A stretch of DNA of 64,000 nucleotides from an uncultured Planctomycetota bacterium (GCA_963719315.1 CAVRBU010000002.1:2089762-2153761); one strand, 5' to 3'. Positions 9,603 to 20,480 are shown, counted from the stretch's first letter. The notes: generated by a model not told the origin, from the sequence alone. Program-made: numbers and translations.

Positions 9603-10784
9603 ATGGCAAACACGTCCTCACCTTCATCGTCGGAATCGGCGGCCGCGAAAGCGGGCAGCGGCCGGCTCCTATCGCTCGATGTCTTTCGCGGCCTCACGAT
9701 CCTGGCGATGATCTTGGTCAACAATCCGGGCGGCGAGCCTACCTATTGGCCACTGGACCACGCCAAGTGGCACGGTTGGACACCGACCGACCTGATCTTC
9801 CCGTTCTTCCTGTTCATCGTCGGCACGTCCCTCTCCTATTCGCTCCGCAAGTATCGCCATGGCGCCGAGATTCAACCAGCCGTGTATTGGCGGATCGTGC
9901 GTCGCACCACCCTACTGATTTTTCTCGGTTGGATGCCGAGCTTGCTACTTAAAACGATCCATGCTTTCCACGGAGCGGCGTTCGACCTGGGCGACCTGCG
10001 GATCTTCGGCGTGCTGGTTCGCATCGCCCTCGTCTATTTCTTCACGTCGCTGATCGTGCTCCATGTTTCGCTCCGCGCACAGGTTGCGCTAGGCGTTGCG
10101 ATTTTGGCCGGCTACTGCGCCGCCTTGACCTGTCTGCCCGATCCGCACAATTCCACACTCAACCTCACGCGCGAAGGCAACGTCGTGGGCGCGATCGACC
10201 GCGCGCTCATCGGCCCCCAGCACATGTGGTCGGGCGACCGAGTCACCGAACCCGAAGGTTTGCTCAGCACGTTGCCCGCGATCGTCACCGCGCTCATGGG
10301 CTATTGGACGGGCCTCTTCATTCAACGCCGCGGTGTAAACTACCACACGGTGGCGATACTCGCCGCTTGCGGCTTGGCGTGCGCCGCCCTCGGCCAAGGC
10401 TGGGACCATTTCTTTCACTTTCCGATCAACAAGAAGCTTTGGACCAGCAGCTTTGTCCTCCTCACCGGCGGCCTCGCAATGGTCGTACTCTCCGGCTGCC
10501 TCATGAAGTTCGACATCTGGGGCTGGCGGCGACTCGCCCGCCTATTCGAAGTCGTCGGCATCAACGCGATTTTCGTATTCGTCGGCTCGGGGTTGCTGGC
10601 CATTTTGCTCCGCGATATGCGCATCGGCACACTCTCCGGACACGGATGGCTATACAGTCATCTGTTCACTTCCTGGATCCACAACCCCCAGCTCGCGTCG
10701 CTCGGATACGCGCTCATGGTGGTAATATTTTGGTGGTTCGTGTGTTGGGTGATGTCGCGTCTCGGTTGGTCGATTCGCGTATAG
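9603..10784 (+). CDS. HGSNAT/NagX-like membrane acyltransferase-family protein
   Basis: RLLSLDVFRGLT..MILVN, HAKWHG.TPTDLIFPFFLF, EPEGLLS, PINKKLWTSSF. Confidence 0.88.
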   Translation: MANTSSPSSSESAAAKAGSGRLLSLDVFRGLTILAMILVNNPGGEPTYWPLDHAKWHGWTPTDLIFPFFLFIVGTSLSYSLRKYRHGAEIQPAVYWRIVRRTTLLIFLGWMPSLLLKTIHAFHGAAFDLGDLRIFGVLVRIALVYFFTSLIVLHVSLRAQVALGVAILAGYCAALTCLPDPHNSTLNLTREGNVVGAIDRALIGPQHMWSGDRVTEPEGLLSTLPAIVTALMGYWTGLFIQRRGVNYHTVAILAACGLACAALGQGWDHFFHFPINKKLWTSSFVLLTGGLAMVVLSGCLMKFDIWGWRRLARLFEVVGINAIFVFVGSGLLAILLRDMRIGTLSGHGWLYSHLFTSWIHNPQLASLGYALMVVIFWWFVCWVMSRLGWSIRV

Positions 10785-10841
10785 TAAGTCAGGCTTCAGC
10801 CTGACAAGCGGTAACGCCTGAGTCAGCTCAAGCCCGACGTA
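10784..10841. repeat. REP-like doublet (GTCAGGC...GCCTGAC type)
   Basis: gtaagtcaggcttcagcctgac ... gtcagctcaagcccgacgta; relatives at 14960-14981 and 31938-32008. Confidence 0.65.
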
Positions 10842-11470
10842 TGAAAATGCTCACTAAGCGACTTGCCGAAGTTGAATTCGAGCCGCCCCAGATCGCGATT
10901 CCGCCGCTCGTCGCAGCGCTCCTGGCCGATGCCCAACAGCGGATCGAAGCGCTCGACGACACGACACGCATCGAAATTCCCGCGTTCGTCCCCAGCAACT
11001 TTGAATTAGCCTATCGGGCGCTCGCGGAAATCGAAGCCGCCAACCTGGCCCCCGGCCGACGGTTCATCGAATGGGGCAGCGGTATCGGTGTAGTCACTTG
11101 CTTGGCATCGTGCGTGGGCTTCGATGCAGTCGGCATCGAAATCGAGCCTAAATTGGTTGAGATTGCCAACCGTATCGCGAGTGACCATCATATCGCCGCT
11201 CAATATGCGTGTGGCAGCTTCATTCCCGATGGCGTTGTGCCGCACGTCGATTGGGCCGACTGCGTCGCCTGGCTCACCACCACGGGCGACGACGGCCACG
11301 AAGAACTCGAACTCGACCCCGACGACTTCGATGTCGTTTTCGCCTACCCCTGGCCCGGCGAAGAGCAAGTCATCTTCGACCTCTTCGCCGACACGGCGGC
11401 AGTCGGGGCGCTATTGCTTACTTACCACGGGTTGGACGGCGTGAAATTGCAACGCAAGGTCAAAAGATAG
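10841..11470 (+). CDS. Class I SAM-dependent methyltransferase
   Basis: FIEWGSGIG motif I, GIEIEP, FDVVFAYPWP. Confidence 0.8.
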   Translation: MKMLTKRLAEVEFEPPQIAIPPLVAALLADAQQRIEALDDTTRIEIPAFVPSNFELAYRALAEIEAANLAPGRRFIEWGSGIGVVTCLASCVGFDAVGIEIEPKLVEIANRIASDHHIAAQYACGSFIPDGVVPHVDWADCVAWLTTTGDDGHEELELDPDDFDVVFAYPWPGEEQVIFDLFADTAAVGALLLTYHGLDGVKLQRKVKR

Positions 11471-11546
11471 GATTCAGGATACGGGATGCAGGGGTCAGGG
11501 CAAGGCATTCTGGTCCCTGCCCCCTGCATCCCGCATCCTGTATCCT
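11469..11546. repeat. Inverted heptamer array (AGGATGC / ATCCTGC type) upstream of the UbiD-family gene
   Basis: aggattc aggatac gggatgc aggggtc ... cccctgc atcccgc atcctgt atcct. Confidence 0.8.
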
Positions 11547-11552
11547 TCCCAC

Positions 11553-13386
11553 ATGGGCTACCGCACGCTTCGCGATTGTCTCGACGACCTCGAACGCCAC
11601 CGCCACCTCGTCCGCGTGGATGCCGAAGTCGACGCCCGGCTTGAAATCGCCGAAATACAGCGTCGCGTATGCGCCGCGGGCGGGCCGGCGCTGTTGTTCA
11701 CCCGCGTGAAAGATTGCCGCTTCCCGGTGGCGTGCAACCTGTTCGGCACGATCGAACGCGCCCGATTCATGTTTCGCGACACGCTGGAGCACGTGCGGCG
11801 GCTGGTGGAGTTGAAGATCGACCCAACGGCCGCCCTACGCCACCCCCTGCGATATGCCGGCTTGCCGCTTAGCGCACTCGCAACGCTGCCCAAGTTCGTC
11901 CGCCGCGCGGATGTGATGGCCAATGAGACGAACATCTCACAATTGCCGCAGCAAGTGAGCTGGCCCGAAGATGGCGGCGCGTTCATCACGCTGCCGCAGG
12001 TCTATACGGAAAATATAACGAACCCTGGCTGGCGGCACTCAAACCTCGGCATGTACCGCGTGCAACTCTCCGGCGGACGGTACGACCGCGACCGCGAAAT
12101 CGGCCTGCACTATCAAATCCAACGCTCGATCGGCGTCCACCACGCTGCCGCGATTCAAGCTGGCCTACCGTTTCGCGTCAATGTTTTCGTCGGCGGCTCG
12201 CCCGCCATGATGCTGGCCGCCGTGATGCCGCTCCCCGAAGGCATGAGCGAGCTGACATTTGCCGGCGCGCTCGGCGGTCGACGCATCCGCTTGCTCCGCC
12301 GCAAGGACGGCCTCCCCATCCACGCCAACACCGATTTTTGCATCTGCGGTACGGTTATTCCCAACAAGCTGCTGCCCGAGGGCCCGTTCGGCGACCACCT
12401 GGGCTACTACAGCTTGCAGCATGACTTCCCAGTGCTACGCGTGGAGCACGTCTACCATCGCGACGGCGCGATCTGGCCAATCACGGTCGTCGGCCGCCCG
12501 CCGCAGGAGGACACGATCTTCGGCCAACTCATCCACGAGCTCACCGGCCCCGTGATTCCGAGCGTGCTGCCCGGCGTTAAATCCGTTCACGCGGTCGACG
12601 CCGCCGGCGTCCACCCGCTGCTGCTCGCCATCGGCAGCGAGCGGTACTGGCCGTTCGCCGAATCGCAACGGCCGCAGGAATTGCTCACGCAGGCCAACGC
12701 CATCCTGGGCCAGGGCCAATTGTCGCTGGCGAAATTCCTGCTGATCGCGAACCACGCCGACGACCCCGCGCTCGACGTCAACAATGTCGCTGCGTTCCTA
12801 CAGCACATTTTGCAGCGCGCCGATTGGACGCGCGACCTGCATTTTCAAACCCAAACCACGATCGACACGCTCGACTACTCGGGCAGCGCGCTCAACGCCG
12901 GCTCAAAAGTCGTCATCGCCGCCGTTGGTCCGCCGCGGTTCGACTTGGTTACCGCACGTGCCGTCCGATTTGCGCCTGCCAGACGGCTTACAGCGATCCA
13001 CGAATTGTTGTGCCCGGCGTCCTCGCAATCGAAGGCCCGCGCCTACAGTCGCAAGCTTGGTTTCCGCCCTGCCAAACTCCCCCTTCCCCACTCCCCACTC
13101 CTCCTTCGCTTCCTTCCGCTGGATCGTGATCGTCGACGACTCGCAATTCGTCGCCGAGTCGCTCCGTAATTTCCTGTGGGTCACGTTCACCCGCACAAAC
13201 CCGGCCGCCGACATTCACGGCATCGAATCGTTCACCGAAGACAAGCACTGGGGCTGCCGCGGACCGCTGGTGATCGACGCGCGCATGAAACCACATCACG
13301 CCCCGCCGCTCGTGGAAGATCCAGAAATCTCGCGCCGCGTCGAAGCACTAGCCGCTCCCGGCGGCCCCCTGCACGGCATTCTATAA
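11553..13386 (+). CDS. UbiD-family decarboxylase (frameshifts near 12.95-13.1 kb)
   Basis: NLGMYRVQ, EGPFGDHLGYY, VVGRPPQED, DTLDYSG; C-terminus FLWVTFTRTNPAAD...GPLVIDARMKPHH is in another frame. Confidence 0.88.
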
Positions 13387-13498
13387 ACAAAGCCCTCAAT
13401 CAAAATCGACACATCGCCGCGCATAGCCGCCGAGCTACGCTCGGCCGGGCCCCGCACCTCCCGTTGCGCAACCACGCCGAATGTCGTAAACTCGCAGC

Positions 13499-13858
13499 AT
13501 GGCAATTTGGCCCACGTTCTTCGCAATCTCATTCCGAACCACCGACCGTGTCCTCACCAGCGGCATGTGGTGGCTCGCGATCATTTGGCTCGGCTTCTTC
13601 GGCGGCGCCGTCGGAAGTTTCCTCACCGTCGTGTGGGACCGCCTCGGCACCGGCGAAGGATTCGTGTTCCCCCGCTCGCGGTGCCCCGAGTGCGACCGGC
13701 CGATCCGCTGGTATCACAACGTGCCTGTGGTGGGGTGGCTTTTGCTGCGGGGCCGCTGCTACGATTGCGGCAGCCGCATCCCCCTAAAGCATCCGCTCGT
13801 CGAGTTGGCCTTCGCCCTATTATTCATCTTGATTGGCTTATCGACTCCCTGGCTCTAA
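13499..13858 (+). CDS. Stand-alone prepilin peptidase A24 N-terminal (Cys-cluster) domain protein; start uncertain
   Basis: GSFLTVV, PRSRCPEC..IRWYHNVP...LRGRCYDC...HPLVE. Confidence 0.8.
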   Translation: MAIWPTFFAISFRTTDRVLTSGMWWLAIIWLGFFGGAVGSFLTVVWDRLGTGEGFVFPRSRCPECDRPIRWYHNVPVVGWLLLRGRCYDCGSRIPLKHPLVELAFALLFILIGLSTPWL

Positions 13859-13961
13859 CAAAACTGCAAGCACAATAGACAATCGCCCACTGCCAACAGA
13901 TGTGAAATACGTTGTTTTCAATGGATCTCTATTCGTTGAGCGCTCGAAGGAACCGTGATTG

Positions 13962-14963
13962 ATGTCCAAACGCGATCAACCGAAACCAGAAGCGCAAGCA
14001 GGCACAGGCGCATCATTCCTCAAGGACCCCACGCGCAAAATCGGACCGGGTGTCGAACCGAAGTTTGCGGAATCCGATGCCGACGACGAAGCGAAAACCG
14101 CGGAAGCGTTGCAAACACCACCCATCTCGGCCGAAGTCGCCGCCAATCGCCTCGCAATTCTGAAAGCGCCGAGCTACCAACTGGCCGAGCTCGATATCGA
14201 TTTTCTTGGCCGCAAAGAAAATCGCCCGTTGCGGATGCAGCTCGAACTGCTCAAAACCGAAACGCTGCTTCGCGAACATCAAATCGATGCCACGGTCGTT
14301 GTCTTCGGCGGCACCCAGATCATGCCCCGCGAACAGGCCGAGGCCGTCCTCCGCGAAGCCAAGCTGAACGCCGAAAAATCGCCGCACGATCCCAAAGTCG
14401 CCCGCGCCCTGCAGCGGGCCGAACGGATCATGGCCAAGAGCCATTTCTACGACGATGCCCGCGAGTTCAGCCGGCTCGTTTCGACGGCCAAAGAGGTCGG
14501 TGGCCGGCCGCGGTTCGTCGTGATGACCGGCGGCGGCCCCGGCGTCATGGAAGCCGCCAACCGCGGCGCGTTCGAAGCCGGCGCCAAGAGCATCGGCCTG
14601 AACATCGACCTGCCGCACGAGCAGGAGCCGAACCCGTACATCACGCCCGACCTGTGCTTTCAATTCCACTACTTCGCGATGCGCAAATTTCATTTCGTCC
14701 TGCGGGCGGCCGCGTTGGTCGTCTTCCCCGGCGGCTTCGGCACGCTCGACGAACTGTTCGACTGCCTCTGTCTCCGCCAAACCCGCCGGATGCAACAAAT
14801 CCCGGTGATCCTGTACAGCCGCGAGTATTGGGACGGCGTCATCGACTTCCATCGCCTCGCCGACGAAGGCGTGATCGATGATGAAGACTTGAAGCTGATC
14901 GACTACGCCGAAACCCCCGAGCAAGCCTGGAGCATCATCGCCAAATTCCACGGACTCAAGTAG
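13962..14963 (+). CDS. LOG-family (Rossmann-fold, lysine-decarboxylase-like) protein
   Basis: TGGGPGVMEAANRGA, EQEPNPY, PGGFGTLDELF. Confidence 0.9.
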   Translation: MSKRDQPKPEAQAGTGASFLKDPTRKIGPGVEPKFAESDADDEAKTAEALQTPPISAEVAANRLAILKAPSYQLAELDIDFLGRKENRPLRMQLELLKTETLLREHQIDATVVVFGGTQIMPREQAEAVLREAKLNAEKSPHDPKVARALQRAERIMAKSHFYDDAREFSRLVSTAKEVGGRPRFVVMTGGGPGVMEAANRGAFEAGAKSIGLNIDLPHEQEPNPYITPDLCFQFHYFAMRKFHFVLRAAALVVFPGGFGTLDELFDCLCLRQTRRMQQIPVILYSREYWDGVIDFHRLADEGVIDDEDLKLIDYAETPEQAWSIIAKFHGLK

Positions 14964-15102
14964 GTCGGGCTTTAGCCCGACTTATGTTGTCCAAGATTGC
15001 AATACTGAGTTGAAACAGCGAGCCATGCGTGCGAATGCGAGCCGCAACGCGGCGACAGTGAATAGCCAAGAGCGTGAGCCCCTGATTAGCAAAACCGAAG
15101 CG

Positions 15103-15167
15103 AGGTGTCGGATGTCGGATAAGAAGCTGATCTCCGACGCCTGACCGACACCCGACACCCGACACCT
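15103..15167. repeat. Inverted heptamer array (GGTGTCG / CGACACC type)
   Basis: aggtgtc ggatgtc ggat ... cgaca cccgaca cccgaca cct. Confidence 0.75.
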
Positions 15168-15205
15168 GGCTATTAACTGCCGATCCTTTGAGCCACAACG
15201 CGACA

Positions 15206-15955
15206 ATGACAAACACAGATAACTCGCCTGTCGCACTCGTCACCGGCGGCGCCGTCCGCGTCGGCGCGGCGATCGTTCGCGAACTGGCCGCTCGCGGCTA
15301 CCGCGTCGCCATTCACGCCAACACTTCGCTCGACCGCGCGCAGGAACTGGCAAACGAACCTACTGCCGCCGGCCACGCCGCCGCGGCGTTCGGCGCCGAT
15401 CTCCGCGACGAAGAGGCCACCCGCGCCATGATCGACCGCGTCCGCCGCCATTTCGGCCGGCTCGACGCGCTCGTCAACAGCGCCGCCACCTGGTCGCCGA
15501 CGCCGCTGGCGAGCGTCGTGGCCGACAACGTCCGCCGCTTCTTCGAGGTCAACACGCTCAGCACCTTCATCTGCTGTCAACACGCCGGCCAAATCATGGC
15601 GCAGCAAGCGCAAGGCGGCGCGATCGTGAACATCGGCGACTGGGCCGTCGAACGCCCCTACCGCGACTACAGCGCGTACTTCGCCTCGAAAGGCGCGATC
15701 CCCACCCTCACGCGCGTGTTCGCCATCGAACTCGCCCCGAAGGTCCGCGTGAACGCCGTCCTCCCCGGCCCCGTTCTGCTGCCCGAAAGCGTCTCCGAAG
15801 CCGACCGCCGCCGGGCCATCGCCGGCACGCTCCTCGGCCGCCCCGGCCGACCCGAAAACATCGCCCACGCCGTCGCCGCGCTTCTCGAAAACGACTACAT
15901 CACCGGCGTCTGCCTCCCCGTCGACGGCGGCCGCACCCTCGGCGACACCGGCTAA
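15206..15955 (+). CDS. SDR oxidoreductase, pteridine reductase-like
   Basis: ALVTGGAVRVG, LVNSA, YFASK, VNAVLPG, VDGG. Confidence 0.88.
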   Translation: MTNTDNSPVALVTGGAVRVGAAIVRELAARGYRVAIHANTSLDRAQELANEPTAAGHAAAAFGADLRDEEATRAMIDRVRRHFGRLDALVNSAATWSPTPLASVVADNVRRFFEVNTLSTFICCQHAGQIMAQQAQGGAIVNIGDWAVERPYRDYSAYFASKGAIPTLTRVFAIELAPKVRVNAVLPGPVLLPESVSEADRRRAIAGTLLGRPGRPENIAHAVAALLENDYITGVCLPVDGGRTLGDTG

Positions 15956-16062
15956 GAAACGCGTGGTGGCCAAAAATAGTTCTAGACAGAAGTATACATC
16001 TTCTGTTAGGCTGTCTCCCCGTTGCCTCGCGGCAGGATTCGCTGGCTTTGACCGCAAACTTG

Positions 16063-16147
16063 GTAGGTCCCTTCTGCCGGAAGGGACCTGAGCGAATTCG
16101 CAATGTTGCAATGCAGGTGCAGGTCCCGCTCGGCAAGCGGGACCTAC
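16063..16147. repeat. REP-like doublet (AGGTCCC...GGGACCT family)
   Basis: Arms are reverse complements of those at 23945-24029 and 39730-39756. Confidence 0.85.
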
Positions 16148-16644
16148 ATAACGGGCAACGCCGTTCATCGCTCCTTGAAAATCTGTAATAGGCAGGCGCA
16201 AATTCGCCGAGTATTGCGTCGACTAACTTGCTCTACACCGGCGGCTACTGGGCCCTAAAGCCCGCGGCAGTGCATGGTTGGGGCGATCGGCGAACCGCGA
16301 ATGCGACGGCGCAACGAGGCAAAAATGGGCAATTTTGTACCTGAAACATGGGACCCCTATCGGCCGAACAAAACGTATGCCCTGTCCCCGCAAGGAGTTA
16401 CGAAGATTCTCGCCAGAAGGACCAATCCAAAACGCAATAAACCCCGAGAGCCAAGCGGTTTTGTACTTTGGCCGCTCGCCAGCAGCGTACAAAACAGACC
16501 GCTGTCATTCGGTAGCTCCCGCTGCCTACGCGCCCTCGTCCTCCGCCAGATTCGCGCGGCTGCCACTGTCGCTTGCCCGGCGGGCGGTTTTATAATGCGG
16601 CTCTTACCGTTCGATCATCCAACCACGTATGAGGGAATTCGACG

Positions 16645-17829
16645 ATGAAAAAATCGCATCGGAATTTCATCGCGCCGTTCGCGGCTCTGCTCGTTTGTTT
16701 GGCCACGGCCGGTGTCGTGCGCACCGCTGAAACGGAAAAGGCCGAAGGCGACAATCCGGGCAAGGCACAACTGGAACAAGCCGCCCAAACCATCGCCGCG
16801 GCCGCCAAAGAGAGCATCGCCGCCGCCACGAACGATGCGGAAGCCGCCAAGCGGGCACAAGCATCGTTCGACATCCTCGCCAACCTCGGCGAGCTCGGTG
16901 GTTTCGATACCACGCCGCAATCCGACAAGTTGATGGAAGAGTTGCTCGCCTCGCCGCAGGCGTCCGTCCTTGAGACGGTCGTTCAAAAGCAATTTATGGA
17001 CAAGGTCATGACCTGGGGTCGGATGAGCGAAGACGACCGCGCCGCCGCGCTCGATAACCTGGTCGGCAAAGTCAAGAAGATCGGGCTCACGCAGGGCTTG
17101 GCCGAATCGCTCGCGCGGTTGGCCGGCATGTACGGCGAACGCGATCAATCCAAGGCAATCAGCAAGGCCATTGCGGAAGTACTGCCATTGGCCAAACAAT
17201 CGGACGACCCCAAGGCCAAACGCACGTACGCGATGCTCGAAGGCATCGATCGCCGCATGAACCTGCCGGGCAAGCCGCTTGAGCTCGAGGGCAAGCTGCT
17301 CGATGGTTCGACGTTCGATTGGGCTTCCTACAAGGGCAAGGTCGTGCTCGTCGATTTCTACGCGAGTTGGTGCGGCCCCTGCCGGGCCGAAGCCCCGAAT
17401 GTGCTCAAGAATTACAAGGCCTACCACGACAAGGGATTCGAAGTCGTGACCGTCAACTTGGACACCGATCCGAAGTTGGCCGAGAAGTATATCAAGGACA
17501 CCGGCTGCGATTTCCCCACGATCTACAGCGATAATCCCAAGGGTTGGGAAACGCCGATGGCGACCAAGTATGGCATCAACGCCATTCCTCGCGTGATTCT
17601 GGTCGGCCAGGACGGCAACGTCGTATCGACCAACGCCCGCGGCCCGATGTTGGCTGAGCTGTTGAACAAGCTGCTCGGTCCGCCGGCCGAAGGTTCCGAA
17701 GCCGCAGAGGACGCGGAAAAGAGCAGCAGCATCGACAAAGTCCGCGATGCCGCGCTCCGGGATGCCTTGTCCGAGCGGATCAAGAAGGCGATCGCCGAGC
17801 GATCTGCTCAAGGCGCCGAAAAGAAATAA
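16645..17829 (+). CDS. Exported TlpA/ResA-like thioredoxin-domain protein
   Basis: Signal-peptide-like N-terminus; GKVVLVDFYASWCGPC; YGINAIP. Confidence 0.88.
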   Translation: MKKSHRNFIAPFAALLVCLATAGVVRTAETEKAEGDNPGKAQLEQAAQTIAAAAKESIAAATNDAEAAKRAQASFDILANLGELGGFDTTPQSDKLMEELLASPQASVLETVVQKQFMDKVMTWGRMSEDDRAAALDNLVGKVKKIGLTQGLAESLARLAGMYGERDQSKAISKAIAEVLPLAKQSDDPKAKRTYAMLEGIDRRMNLPGKPLELEGKLLDGSTFDWASYKGKVVLVDFYASWCGPCRAEAPNVLKNYKAYHDKGFEVVTVNLDTDPKLAEKYIKDTGCDFPTIYSDNPKGWETPMATKYGINAIPRVILVGQDGNVVSTNARGPMLAELLNKLLGPPAEGSEAAEDAEKSSSIDKVRDAALRDALSERIKKAIAERSAQGAEKK

Positions 17830-17934
17830 TTCGCACGCGACGAATTCGTTGAAGTTTGCAGACACGGGTCGATGCCTCGCCGCATCGGCCCGTGCTGCGT
17901 TTGCGACGCGGTTGAAAACCGATGCGAACGATGT

Positions 17935-18231
17935 TTACTCCGGCGCGATCGGTGTTGCTCCCGGCGGCGGCGTCCCTTTGCCGGCACGAACGTAGCCCGT
18001 GCGGCCGCGAGCGTACTCGTCGGCGGCCGGCAGCTCCGCAGCCGATGGGTCGTTCGACTGGGCCGCTTGAAACAACTTGGCCAGAAACGGCCGGCACCAA
18101 CCGCAGCCGCTGCCGGCCCCGTGGCATTCGGAAAGCTGACTTTCGCGCTGCGGCCGCTCGACGCGAAGGAAATTCACCACCTTGCGCTTCGTGACGTGAA
18201 AACACAGGCACAGTTCGTCGTCGAGTTCCAT
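17935..18231 (-). CDS. BFD-like [2Fe-2S]-binding protein
   Basis: CLCFHV ... AGSGCGWC four-Cys pattern. Confidence 0.78.
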   Translation of the reverse strand: MELDDELCLCFHVTKRKVVNFLRVERPQRESQLSECHGAGSGCGWCRPFLAKLFQAAQSNDPSAAELPAADEYARGRTGYVRAGKGTPPPGATPIAPE

Positions 18232-18242
18232 GGAAACCGCTG

Positions 18243-19277
18243 CTAACGTTTCTTTTGAAATTCCAACCGCGCCAGCCCCGCTGCGCCGATGTAGCCCGCG
18301 TCGCCGCCGAGCGACGCGAACTCGATCCGCACGGCGTCGCGGAGCGGTTCGAGCAATCGCGGGCGGACCTCGTCGCGAATCCGCTGCAGGAACGCCCGGC
18401 CAATCCCGGTGTCGTGGCCACCGAACGTCATCGCTCCGCCGAGCACCACGGCATCGGGGTCGATCGTATGAATCAAGGACGTGATACCAATGGCGAGCCA
18501 ATAGGCGGTTTCCATAATCACCCGGCGGGCCAACTCATCCCCCTTCTCCGCTTCCTCTGCCACAACCAGCGTCGTAATCTCCTCCCGGGCGGCTTGCCGC
18601 TTAGCCAGCGACGAAGCGTTCCCGCCGGCCAATGCCGCGAGCGTCCGGTCAACCACGGCGGTGGCGTTGCAGTAGCTCTCCAACGAACCCTGTTTGCCGA
18701 GCGAATCCATCGGCGCATCATCGGCCGGGTTGATGAGAATGTGACCGCACTCGCTGCCGCAACTGTGTTCGCCCTCGACAAGCGTATCGCCGATAATGAT
18801 CCCGCCGCCAACGCCGGTGCCGAGCGTCAGGAGCACGAGGCTATGAAACTGTTTGCCGGCGCCCGACCAGAACTCGCCGTACGCCGCCGCGTTGGCGTCA
18901 TTCGCAAAAGCGACCGGCAGGCCGAGGTGATGGCTCACGCGGTCGCGGATCGGAAAGTCCCACCAGCCGGGCAGGTTGCCGGGGCGAAGGATCATGCCCT
19001 GGGCGATGTCCATCGGGCCCGGCGTGGCGATGCCCGCGCGGACGACATCTTTCCTGTCGATCTTGTTTTCAGCGAGCATGCATCGCACGACATCTGCCAT
19101 TCGCTCGCAAGCGTCTTCAGCTCCTCTATCCTGCTCGGTGCGAATCGAGTGATAGGCAAGCGTCTGGCCCGCATTATCCACGACGCCGATTTTGATATTC
19201 GTGCCGCCGACATCGAGACCCACGAAGAATGGCTTCTCTGCCGTGGCACGATCGGCGGTCAATGTTTCGGGAGGCAT
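18243..19277 (-). CDS. ROK-family sugar kinase (glucokinase-like)
   Basis: GLDVGGT, NDANAAAYGE, LGTGVGGG, ECGH. Confidence 0.9.
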   Translation of the reverse strand: MPPETLTADRATAEKPFFVGLDVGGTNIKIGVVDNAGQTLAYHSIRTEQDRGAEDACERMADVVRCMLAENKIDRKDVVRAGIATPGPMDIAQGMILRPGNLPGWWDFPIRDRVSHHLGLPVAFANDANAAAYGEFWSGAGKQFHSLVLLTLGTGVGGGIIIGDTLVEGEHSCGSECGHILINPADDAPMDSLGKQGSLESYCNATAVVDRTLAALAGGNASSLAKRQAAREEITTLVVAEEAEKGDELARRVIMETAYWLAIGITSLIHTIDPDAVVLGGAMTFGGHDTGIGRAFLQRIRDEVRPRLLEPLRDAVRIEFASLGGDAGYIGAAGLARLEFQKKR

Positions 19278-19361
19278 GGATCGTTACTGATGCGGTTTCC
19301 TGATAGGCACCTACGGAGTATAAGTCCCCATCCTGCAACCGGCAATTGTGAGCGGCTGCCG

Positions 19362-20480
19362 CTACACACCGCGCAGCTCGGTGGAAGAAATATCTTCGCG
19401 GAAGATCGCCTCGGGCACTTCATCACAAAGTTGGCGCAACGAGGCGGGGACGTCCACTTCCGACAACGTGCAGAACGCGCCCTGCACGCTGCGCCCGAAA
19501 ACCAGGAACCGGCAGCCGGCGCTCGCGATGACCGCGATCGCGGCTTCGCGCTCGGCATCGCCGCCATCGTAATACTTCGATTCACCAATGCGGACAATGG
19601 TGTCCACGCCGACGACAAACGTGCAGCCCGGTGCGAGTTCGGCCTTTTCGACGAACCGCGGCGCGCGGGTCAGGAGCACGCGCTCGCCGGCCAATTGCTC
19701 GAGCCGGTCGGCAATTTCCACGAAGTCGAGCGGCGGCTTATCGACGTTCGCGATCGACAACTCAAACGTCACGGGGCGACCCAACCGTTCGGCCGCGATC
19801 TCGGCCATCCGCCGGTGTGCCGCGTGAATTGGGTTGAACGCACCCGGGAACAGCACCCTCGGCCATTCGCCGGATTCGGCGACTCGTTCCGGAATGCCGA
19901 CGTGTGAACGCTCCCCAAGTAGTAGCTCGGTCCAGGATTGCGGAGCTTGCTGGTCGCGACGCACGATGCCGTCGCCGTCCCTTCCGATTGAAAGGCGAAC
20001 ATCGAATCCGCACGCCTCGGCGACAATATCGACAATGAGCTGCGTGGCGACGTGCTCCTCTTCGGCCCGCGTTCGCACGCCTTTTTGCAGCTCGCAAGAA
20101 ACGACCGAAGTGGTTTCGGCCGATTGCCAAGCGACGTGCACGCGGTGGGGGCCGCGCTTCGGACGGTTCGACGCAAGGCTGGCCGTCGCGCCAAGGCCGC
20201 GAAGCGTGCGCGGGTCGGCATCGGAAAGCGCGCGAGCCCGTTCGTACGCAGCCATCGCCATCGCCCGGGCCGTTCGTTCGCTGCAATAGTGATCAGGCAC
20301 GCCGCCGAGCCATTCCTGCAGGGCCGCGGCTGAGTACGGAACGACCGCCTCCAGCACCGTGGCCGAGGCGTTGGGAACTTCCAGCAACGCGGCAATCGCA
20401 CCGCTGCCGCCGCCTGTGACGGATAGCACAAGCGGCTTCGCGGCGGCATGAATACGTTCGACTAGCTGTTGTTGATTCAT
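19362..20480 (-). CDS. CinA/PncC-like domain fused to an HxGH-type nucleotidyltransferase domain
   Basis: VTGGGSGA...VPNASATVLEAVVPYS; FPGAFNPIHAAH, NVDKP, VVGVDT, DISSTELR. Confidence 0.75.
   Translation of the reverse strand: MNQQQLVERIHAAAKPLVLSVTGGGSGAIAALLEVPNASATVLEAVVPYSAAALQEWLGGVPDHYCSERTARAMAMAAYERARALSDADPRTLRGLGATASLASNRPKRGPHRVHVAWQSAETTSVVSCELQKGVRTRAEEEHVATQLIVDIVAEACGFDVRLSIGRDGDGIVRRDQQAPQSWTELLLGERSHVGIPERVAESGEWPRVLFPGAFNPIHAAHRRMAEIAAERLGRPVTFELSIANVDKPPLDFVEIADRLEQLAGERVLLTRAPRFVEKAELAPGCTFVVGVDTIVRIGESKYYDGGDAEREAAIAVIASAGCRFLVFGRSVQGAFCTLSEVDVPASLRQLCDEVPEAIFREDISSTELRGV

Noticed and set aside
15956..16644. Small ORFs in the SDR-thioredoxin intergenic region
   Set aside because: They overlap REP sequences, lack motifs and conflict between strands; probably non-coding.
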